A DNA stretch of 63,292 nucleotides, the filler included, from Octopus bimaculoides (Eukaryota), in the NCBI RefSeq assembly GCF_001194135.2. It is 6 parts of 6 records of this genome, joined end to end, with 100 filler letters (N's around TTAATTAATTAA, not from the genome) between each part and the next. Parts side by side here need not be neighbours in the genome. Positions count along the whole stretch, not along the records: positions 53,418 to 56,425 come from NC_069000.1; positions 56,526 to 63,292 come from NC_069009.1; 4 more parts are not named here. One strand, 5' to 3'. The notes beneath the pieces are model-generated. The model ran no database searches. It saw only the letters and a program-made list of their open reading frames with translations, and was not told the origin of the DNA. Both the position numbers and the translations under genes were made by a program. Numbering within the stretch: the stretch's first letter is position 1; each line of letters starts with the position of its first letter. This document shows positions 53,418 to 63,292 of the stretch, piece by piece.

Positions 53418-54089
53418 TATGTGTGTGTATGTGTGTGTGTATATATACACACACATACTTGTATGTATGTCTAATTGTTTCCGTAAAAAGAAATCTATCT
53501 TTGTACATTTTATTTTTTTATTTACTTTTATAACGTTTATTTTTCATGCATTAATTGATATTTATTTATCTTTCTTTGTCATAAAATCACCCGATCAAAG
53601 AAAATATACATAAATATCTTCCAACTTCAGAAAGGTTATATATAAGAACGAGGAGAATAGATTTTCTAACTAGCTCTTTTTAACCATTGTTGTCAGGAAC
53701 GAAGTCACCGACGTCCCCGAACGTTGTTTGACTTGTACGCACACACACGCACACACATACACGCTCGCACGCACACACACACACACACACACACACATGG
53801 AGGCACGCATGCGCGTTTGCACATACACACAACAAAAACGTACACGCGCACATGAGAAGAGATGCGTATCATCTGGGATGTCATCAATGAAGGCATTATG
53901 CAATTAAATAAGCTGAAAATATATATCTAAGCAAACGCACAGACATACATTCAGTTATCCATCTGTCTATCAATCTATCTATCTGTATGCCTCTCTCTCT
54001 TACTCTTTCTTTCTCTCTCTTTCTCCCTCCATCTCTCTTTCTGTATATATATATACATATATATGCAGCCACTTGGCTGAAACACATAA

Positions 54090-54125
<36 letters not shown>

Positions 54126-55211
54126 TTATATATATATATGTATATATATTTATATATATAAATGTATATGCTATATATAAAATGTATATATATATATATA
54201 TATATACATTTTATATATAGCATATACATTTATATCTGTGTGTATATACATTCGTGTGTGTGCGTGTGTGGATGTATGCGTCATATTACTTTTGTCATCC
54301 CTTAAACATTGCCTTACTACACTTGTCCCCGTATGAATATTCGTATTCCACCCTCTTTTCTTCAGTTCCCCCCACCCTGCTACCGTCTCTGATTGAGTCG
54401 AAGAATAGTTTCCTCATATCAATATAAGATCTATTTTTAATTAAAAATTCGCAACACGATTAATAGAGATAAAGAAATTTACTACGTAATTTTTACCGAT
54501 TATTCATAAAGAAAATACCAATTACATTCTCTATTTTTATTTTCTTTCTTCCGTACCATGCTGTGAGTTAGTATGAATTCCAATGAATACGACAATGATG
54601 GCTACATTTGATTCAGAATCTATACCTATCACCCACGTGTCGTTTCAATTGACTAAACTTAGTACTGAAATGTGTCGCCTAAACAGATATTTATACTGTT
54701 GTGTAATATCACCGCCTACGGCTTTCGTTAGCATTTTCACTTTACATGATCTGATACGACGATGTATTGTATCGTGAATAAGTTATTGTCAGATCTAACA
54801 CAAGTTCATCACAAATTCTATTGAAAAGACAAAGTATTTCTCTTGAAATATATATTACTTTACGATTAGAGAATATCATATACATTATCTAAGTCCTATC
54901 TTGCACCTGTTTTCAACCACCACACAGCAACTCCTCTTCATACTACCGACGCCATAAATTAATTGAGTGCTTATGATTTAGAATCACGTTTCGTTTCTTC
55001 CTAAAAATAATTTATTGTTCCTCTTACTATTTATCACTATATGAGTTTCTTGTTTTTATTTTGTTTTTGTTTTTTTTTTTCTATATTGTGTTCATTTTAA
55101 TTTCGACTTGTCAGTTTTGCCTTCTATCCTACCTGGAACAATGAAATAAGATGTCATTGACTAGTCCGCTCGTCACAAATTTCAGGGCTTGTGCCTATAG
55201 TAGAAAATATA

Positions 55212-55280
<69 letters not shown>

Positions 55281-56220
55281 TTATTATTATTTTATTGTGT
55301 TACAAAGTAACATAAATTTTAATAATTTACAGAGAAAATTTGAGGGACATGAAAGAGTAGGCAGTAAGAAAAATCTCTACATCTAAGCACCAAATGGAAA
55401 ACAAAACACCTTAGTTTATTAAGACATTATAAATTGCCCCAAATAATGCAGAAGACCGTCCAGACCAAGAGGCCTATCCACCAGGGAAGACATGATTTGA
55501 CATCGAATTTAAAAAAATTGAAAACTGCNNNNNNNNNNNNNNNNNNNNNNNNNNNNNNNNNNNNNNNNNNNNNNNNNNNNNNNNNNNNNNNNNNNNNNNN
55601 NNNNNNNNNNNNNNNNNNNNNNNNNNNNNNNNNNNNNNNNNNNNNNNNNNNNNNNNNNNNNNNATATATAATAAAGTAAACGATATCTGAATACTGTCGA
55701 AACTAAGAATGAGTTTAATTAAATTATCAAATGTTTTTTTTAATATTTAATTAATCACAATTTAGCTCATTTTTCGTATTCATGTTATATATTATCTAAT
55801 AACATCTGTTTCATATGAGTTTGTTTATTACGTCCTGAGAGATATCTTTCAAACGATGTCTTTGTTTATTAATTTTTTCTGTTTACTCTTGTTATCTATC
55901 ATTTCATTTTAATCTATTATGTGGCCTTATGCCTCAGCCAGAGACTATGACAGGCATTTATATAAATAATCCTATTTTTGATCTTTTACTTGTTTCAGTC
56001 ATTAGAGTACGGCCATCCCAGTCCTTATATCTCAAGTCTGGTACTTATTCCATCGGTGCTTTTTGCCAAACCGTTATGTCGTGGTGAGATAAACACAGCA
56101 AAACCGGTTGTCAATGTGATGTGGGACAAACAACGACAGACACACAAACGCACGCATAAACACACAGATACACACACACACACACATATATATGTATACA
56201 TATATATATGTACATTATAT

Positions 56221-56259
<39 letters not shown>

Positions 56260-56379
56260 GATATAAATACATATATATTATATACATATATATATATATT
56301 TATATATATATATATATATATATTTATATGCTCACCTGTATGTGTGGGTGTGGGTGTTTATGCACATATACGTATACAA

Positions 56380-56416
<37 letters not shown>

Positions 56417-56425
56417 TATATATAT

Positions 56426-56525
56426 NNNNNNNNNNNNNNNNNNNNNNNNNNNNNNNNNNNNNNNNNNNNTTAATTAATTAANNNNNNNNNNNNNNNNNNN
56501 NNNNNNNNNNNNNNNNNNNNNNNNN
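56426..56525. other. Artificial scaffold-join linker
   Basis: 44N-TTAATTAATTAA-44N. Confidence 0.95.
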
Positions 56526-59289
56526 TGGTGCTCCAGCATGGCCAGAGTCAAATGATTGAAATGAGTAAAAGAATAAAGGACCATATATATGCGAGTGTGT
56601 GTGTGTGCGTGTGTGTGTGTGTATGTGCATTTTCTGTCTGAGTTTGCCCTCCACCACTACTTGACAACCAGTGTTGGTGTGGTTACGTTCTTGTAACTTA
56701 GCAGTTTGGCAAGGGACTGATAAAACAAGTACCAGGTTTAAAACAAAAATGTACTGGTGGTTGAGGGAAGGGGCGGGTTTTTTTTTACGACAAAACAATC
56801 TTCAAGGTGGTGCTCCAGCATGGCTGCAGTCAAATGGCTGAAACAAGTAAATGATAAAAGACAAAAGAGATGGGGAATGGATGAAGGGGTGGTGGTGGTG
56901 GTGGTGGTGGCATATAATGAATGATGAACAATGTTTGTGGAAATAAGCAGGGAAGAGGGAAGTGTAGGTGACAACTGTAGAAATCTGGTAAGTTGGAGAG
57001 TGACTGTAGTGATGAGTAGAAAAGGTGTGAGGATGGCTTAAGATAAATTTGAATTCAAAGAGAGGCAGGAGAGAGTAGGGGATGACTGACAGTGCGGAAA
57101 ACGGGTAGGGGATAAAGAGCAGTAGAATAGCAATAAGAATACAGTAGACAGGGGAAAGATGAGATATATACATTATCTAAATATAGATATAGAGCCTAGA
57201 ATATTTTCTCTTGTTGTGCATTTTGTTTGTATGTAATGGCAATGTTCCATATTATGTTTCTTTTATCAATATTAATGTCTTTATTAATAAATTAGTGCCA
57301 TCAGACATAATTTTGGAAATTCCCATCAGTAGACATTCAACCAAGTTTGCCACATTGAAACCAAAAATAGCAAATTTCACTAATTTTCTAGACTGTAAGC
57401 TCTTATTTTCTCCTTTTATGGAATGTAGGGTATTGCTGTCTAAAAATATTAATTTTTTGGAATGGAAGAAGCTGGATGGTCACTGGTAACAATTTCCCTG
57501 GGGTGAGGACACTACAGATATGTAATAATTTACAGGGGGAAAATTCTGGAAGGGCTTGTACCTAACTTCATTGCACAAGTATGGCTGTGTAGATAGGCAC
57601 TGACATGGCTGTATGGTAAGAAGTTTGCTTCCCAACCACATAGTTCTGGGCTCAGTCCCACTGCACAGTACCTACCTTGGGGGCTAATGTCTTCTACTAT
57701 AGTCTTGGGCTGACCAAAACTGTGTATGGTCATAATATATATATCTATATATATATATATATGTATGTATGTATGTATGCATATATAAATTATGGGTAAA
57801 ATATCCTTTTACCCGCACCCATTTATTGCACTTGGTGAAAACACTAGTGTAATAATAATTGGGTATCCTTCTGACAGTATATTGGATAGATATTATCCCT
57901 TAGTGGGTTGGATTCACAACCCCTAACTTTCTTGGATTTATATATATATATATATATNNNNNNNNNNNNNNNNNNNNNNNNNNNNNNNNNNNNNNNNNNN
58001 NNNNNNNNNNNNNNNNNNNNNNNNNNNNNNNNNNNNNNNNNNNNNNNNNNNNNNNNNNNNNNNNNNNNNNNNNNNNNNNNNNNNNNNNNNNNNNNNNNNN
58101 NNNNNNNNNNNNNNNNNNNNNNNNNNNNNNNNNNNNNNNNNNNNNNNNNNNNNNNNNNNNNNNNNNNNNNNNNNNNNNNNNNNTATATAGACATATATAT
58201 GTGACAGGTTTCTTTCAGTTTCTGTGTACCAAATTAATTCACAAGGCTTTGGTTGTCCCAAGGCTATAGTCGAAAACAATTGCCCAAGGTGCCACACAGT
58301 GAGACTGAACCCAGAACCACATAGTTGGGAAGCAAGCTTCTTACTACACACACACACACACACTCACACATATATATTTATAATACATATATGTAATTTA
58401 CAGAAAATGAAGCAAGTTTCAAACACTGGATAGTTGTGAAAACAGGCTAGAAAATTAGATAAATACTCTTAAAAGACAGAAAAATGTTTTCTAGTCTGTT
58501 TACCCAATTTTCAAGGGATATTTACCCAACTTTTTACATTGTTTTCACAGCTATCCCATGTTTGAAATTTACTTCATTTCTGTAAAATACCAACTAACTC
58601 GATGCTTCTAAGTTTGTTTATTAAAAATGTTCTTATAAGGTGTGATTTGTTCGACTAAAGTCAGTGCTCCTGCATGGTCGCAGTCAAGAGTATATGTGTG
58701 TCTTTGTGTCTGTGCTTGTATCCCCACCCACTGTTCGATAACTGGTGTGGACATGTTTATGTTCCCATTACTTAGTGGCACAGCAAAAGAGATTGATAGA
58801 GTAAGACTTTAAAAAAAAGTCCTGGAGCTGTTTCATTTGACTAAAAGTTCTCTAAGGCAGTGCCCCAGCATAGCCACAGTTTGACTGAAACAAATAAAAG
58901 AAAGATGACAATGTCTTTACTGGATGCCATTGTATAGTACTAAAGGTATTGTCTACTCTATCCAAAGGATGTGTTATAACACTATTCCACAAATACAAAA
59001 ACAGCCAAACCAACACTCCAACATACCCCCATCATCAGCTGCCCGACGGATATCATTATGGTTTCGACACCTGGGCAGTACCATTCAATCCAGCAGTGTC
59101 AACAGCACTAAAAGAAGTGCTGTTGGGGAACAAACATACAAAAGAAACCACAACTTCCAAACACATTTACACTATGTACAACAGTATCTGTAAACAAATT
59201 AATAAATAAATCAATAACCAATACCTAAATATGTAGCTAAACAGTGACTAAATCTTTAAGTCATTTATTCCCTACAGTCTTCCATAGTA

Positions 59290-59510
59290 TAATAAAAGTG
59301 AGAGCTTAATCACCAAAGTGAGTACCAGGTACTGCAACGGCTTGGGACCAAAAGGCCCACAGCTTTTCTTTTCAATGCTTTGTCAAAAGAATTAAGAAAC
59401 CTACATAATGTGGATGTGGATGTCTTCAAAAAGAAACTGGACATTCTTCTATCCATCATAACAGGTGAACATTTGCCCTGGCATGAAGTACAGTGAGGGT
59501 GGCAGTGTCA
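59290..59510 (+). mobile_element. 3' fragment of the same CR1-like LINE family
   Basis: STRYCNGLGPKGPQLF..LRNLHNVDVDVFKKKLD parallels RTQYCNSLGFKGLQLF..LRELHGIDAEVF at ~37000-37140. Confidence 0.6.
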
Positions 59511-59540
59511 GACCCCCTTATACACCAAATGGGTAGAGTA

Positions 59541-59648
59541 ATATGCTTTATTTAAAAGCAGCAGAAATATAACAAAAGCTGGAATGGGAACGTGAAACTC
59601 TAAGTAACAGCTTTTGTTATATTTCTGCTGCTTTTAAATAAAGTATAT
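59541..59648. repeat. 41-bp inverted repeat with a 26-nt loop
   Basis: 59541-59581 vs 59608-59648, 1 mismatch. Confidence 0.9.
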
Positions 59649-59715
59649 ATATATATATATATATATACATATTTGTTTTGCAAGATTTTTTATGTGAAAT
59701 CGTGTGTTGAAACAG

Positions 59716-60133
59716 ATGTTGTTGTACTTGGGGATGGTCATATTGCCAGTTTAGCCAATAAAAACACACGCACTGTATATTTGGTGTTAATTTTTTTTTT
59801 TTTTTTCAGCTTTNNNNNNNNNNNNNNNNNNNNNNNNNNNNNNNNNNNNNNNNNNNNNNNNNNNNNNNNNNNNNNNNNNNNNNNNNNNNNNNNNNNNNCA
59901 GCCATTTTGTCAGACAAAATGGCTGATAGTTAGCAAGGTGAGACACACATAAGAAAGAAGGAAACAAAGGACCACTGATGAGGTCACAGAAGTGTGACGA
60001 AAGAACTCTGGCCGAAATAAGATTAAGATTAAGATTAATGTAATATAAAGCTGAAAAAAAAAAAAAAATTAACACCAAATATACAGTGCGTGTGTTTTTA
60101 TTGGCTAAACTGGCAATATGACCATCCCCAAGT

Positions 60134-60143
<10 letters not shown>
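59716..60143. repeat. Large palindrome centred at 59912, partly hidden by an 85-N gap
   Basis: 59716-59813 is the reverse complement of 60047-60143; perfect 13-bp arms at 59899-59925. Confidence 0.85.
59969..60013 (+). ncRNA. Minimal type-I hammerhead ribozyme motif, family 2
   Basis: GGACCA-CUGAUGA-G-GUCAC-agaagu-GUGAC-GAAA-GAAC-UC-UGGCC; intact core, 5-bp stem II, predicted cleavage after C60008. Confidence 0.78.
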
Positions 60144-60174
<31 letters not shown>

Positions 60175-60583
60175 TAATTTCTTTCCATCTTGTATCTTTT
60201 ATTTTGTTTTCATCACTACTTCAGACCTTCTTCAATATATCTATGTATAAATGTGTTTTAATATATTTATATATACATCTAAAATTCAAAAAAAATTTAT
60301 CCTCTATACATATTTTTAATACATTTATTTATGTATAGATTTTTTAAAAAAACGTCTATATATCTATATATTTTTAATGTATCGCGTATATATTTGTTCT
60401 TTAAATTAATCTGAAATCCGTGTCATGTTTCTGGATTAAATTAACTTCTCTTGCGTTTCTTCATGTTGTATATTTTTATCTTTTGTCTCAAGTTCCTCTT
60501 GAGCACTTCTAAGTGCAAACCTTAGCTTTGTGAGAGAATTTCTGATTAATCAAATTCTTTCTCAAAACAATTATATATATATT

Positions 60584-60636
<53 letters not shown>

Positions 60637-60641
<5 letters not shown>

Positions 60642-60722
60642 AATAATAACAATAAATGGAGCAAAACGCATATAAACTTTTATTTATATGTGTTTTGTTC
60701 CATTTATTGTTATTATTCATAT
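60637..60722. repeat. 40-bp inverted repeat with a 6-nt loop
   Basis: 60637-60676 vs 60683-60722, 2 mismatches. Confidence 0.9.
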
Positions 60723-60881
60723 CTTCTCAAAATGCATCACTTCAACTTGATATCTCTACCTATAAAACGGCTGTGATATCTTGTTTTTTTTTGTGTAATT
60801 TTTGCTACCTATGGTAACTATTAACATATTTACATTGTCAAAGGTTTTTTAAAACTGAGATAATATTAATATATACATAAA

Positions 60882-60918
<37 letters not shown>

Positions 60919-60960
60919 GCATATGTATATTAGAAGGTTTGGAGGTGATGTACAGGTATT

Positions 60961-61172
60961 ATATATTAGAAAAAATAATAAGGTACTCAGGTATCTGGAT
61001 GGTTGTACATTTAAAGATTTTTATTAATATGTCACATGTTTTTATAAATTAGCGCTTATCTACTAGAATAGATGCAAGTGCTAGTTTATAAAAACATGTG
61101 ACGTATTAATAAAAATCTGTAAATGTACAACCATCCAGATACCTGAGTACCTTATTATTTTTTCTAATATAT
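60961..61172. repeat. 97-bp inverted repeat with an 18-nt centre
   Basis: 60961-61057 vs 61076-61172, 4 mismatches. Confidence 0.9.
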
Positions 61173-63047
61173 ATGTGTATATATGTATATATATGTGTAG
61201 GATTTGGATGCTTTTCTTACAACAAATCCTTAAGCGTTTCCATGTAGTTGAGAAGCAAGCTTCTTACCACACAGCCATGCCTGCGCCTATAATAATAATA
61301 ATAATAATAATAATAGTTTTACTATTTCTTTATTGCCCACAAGGGGCTAAACATAGAGGGGACAAACAAGGATAGACAAACGGATTAAGTCGATAATATT
61401 GACCCCAGTGTGTAGCTGGTACTTAATTTATCGACCCCGAAAGGATGAAAGGCAAAGTCGACCTCGGCAGCATTTGAACTCAGAACATAAAGACAGACGA
61501 AATACCACTAAGCAGTTCGCCCGGCGTGAATAATAATACTTTCTATTATAGGCACAAGGCCTGAAATTTNNNNNNNNNNNNNNNNNNNNNNNNNNNNNNN
61601 NNNNNNNNNNNNNNNNNNNNNNNNNNNNNNNNNNNNNNNNNNNNNNNNNNNNNNNNNNNNNNNNNNNNNNNNNNNNNNNNNNNNNNNNNNNNNNNNNNNN
61701 NNNNNNNNNNNNNNNNNNNNNNNNNNNNNNNNNNNNNNNNNNNNNNNNNNNNNNNNNNNNNNNNNNNNNNNNNNNNNNNNNNNNNNNNNNNNNNNNNNNN
61801 NNNNNNNNNNNNNNNNNNNNNNNNNNNNNNNNNNNNNNNNNNNNNNNNNNNNNNNNNNNNNNNNNNNNNNNNNNNNNNNNNNNNNNNNNNNNNNNNNNNN
61901 NNNNNNNNNNNNNNNNNNNNNNNNNNNNNNNNNNNNNNNNNNNNNNNNNNNNNNNNNNNNNNNNNNNNNNNNNNNNNNNNNNNNNNNNNNNNNNNNNNNN
62001 NNNNNNNNNNNNNNNNNNNNNNNNNNNNNNNNNNNNNNNNNNNNNNNNNNNNNNNNNNNNNNNNNNNNNNNNNNNNNNNNNNNNNNNNNNNNNNNNNNNN
62101 NNNNNNNNNNNNNNNNNNNNNNNNNNNNNNNNNNNNNNNNNNNNNNNNNNNNNNNNNNNNNNNNNNNNNNNNNNNNNNNNNNNNNNNNNNNNNNNNNNNN
62201 NNNNNNNNNNNNNNNNNNNNNNNNNNNNNNNNNNNNNNNNNNNNNNNNNNNNNNNNNNNNNNNNNNNNNNNNNNNNNNNNNNNNNNNNNNNNNNNNNNNN
62301 NNNNNNNNNNNNNNNNNNNNNNNNNNNNNNNNNNNNNNNNNNNNNNNNNNNNNNNNNNNNNNNNNNNNNNNNNNNNNNNNNNNNNNNNNNNNNNNNNNNN
62401 NNNNNNNNNNNNNNNNNNNNNNNNNNNNNNNNNNNNNNNNNNNNNNNNNNNNNTATATATATGTATGTTGCCATCCGGTTTCACCAGTCCTCAGTCAAGT
62501 CGTCCAACCCATGCTAGCATGGAAAGCGGACGTGAAACGATGATGATGATGATGATGATGATGTATGTATGTATATATATATATATATATACACGATTGC
62601 TGCAATATCATTGCGTTCTTGAGCAAAGCCTTTCATTTCATTTTGCTCTGTGATCACTTCAACACCTGATGTGTGGTACACTGTGCACCTGTTCAGACAA
62701 CATTGATTTGATGGAGAGAGTGCACTAGTGTACAGCACAAACATTTTATCACTATAAACATATCATTTGTGTAGATCGTTTGGCAAAAGCTGAATGCTCT
62801 GATGTTGTCTACAATAGGAATATCTATCATATGTATATTCTTTTATTTGTTTCAGTGATTTGACTGCAGCCATGCTGGTGCACAGCTTTTAGTTGAACAA
62901 ATCGACCTCAGGACTTATTCTTTGTTAGCCTAGTACTTATTCTATCGTTCTCTTTTGCCGAACTACTAAGTTACGAGGACGTAGACATGCCACCATCGAT
63001 CGTCAAGCGATGTTGCAGGGACAAACACAGACACACAGACACACACA

Positions 63048-63089
<42 letters not shown>

Positions 63090-63090
<1 letters not shown>

Positions 63091-63253
63091 GATGGGTTTC
63101 TTTCAGTTTCCATCTACTAAATCCACTCACAAGGCTTTGGTCGGCCTGAGGCTATAGTAGAAGACACTTGCCCAAGTTGCCACACAGTGGGACTGAACCC
63201 GGAACCATGTGACTGGTAAGAAAGCTACTTAACATACAGCCACTCCTGCGCCT
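63090..63253 (-). mobile_element. SINE family A copy
   Basis: Minus strand ggcgcaggagtggctg..ggttccgggttcagtcccactg..ggcaagtgtcttctactatagcc. Confidence 0.78.
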
Positions 63254-63292
63254 ATAAAATATGAAATTTGGGGGAGGGGGCCAGTTGATTAG

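Overview
AT-rich, microsatellite- and SINE-dense animal genomic DNA, most likely a cephalopod such as Octopus (inferred from the SCYL2 peptide and repeat style; not verified by search). The window is a mosaic of six assembly pieces joined by five identical 100-bp artificial linkers (44N-TTAATTAATTAA-44N). The only recognisable host gene is an internal block of nine minus-strand, in-frame exons (1095 nt, 365 codons) of SCYL2/CVAK104 at 18133-29856; its 5' kinase exons and 3' exons were not found. The rest is transposon-derived: an internally deleted Tc1 element, RTE, CR1-like and R4/Dong-like LINE fragments, several SINE families, TA- and TTAA-flanked MITEs, a probable solo LTR and a near full-length decayed Penelope-like element with an inverted terminal copy. 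The most interesting signal is a set of minimal type-I hammerhead ribozyme motifs in short non-autonomous elements. One has a tRNA-like Pol III head (33770-34007), two form a head-to-head fold-back in a SCYL2 intron (18338-18665), and a second family sits in a gap-spanning palindrome (59716-60143). No rRNA, intact tRNA gene or CRISPR array is supported. Coordinates were read by eye; exon, ribozyme and linker ends were counted base by base, and most repeat boundaries are approximate.
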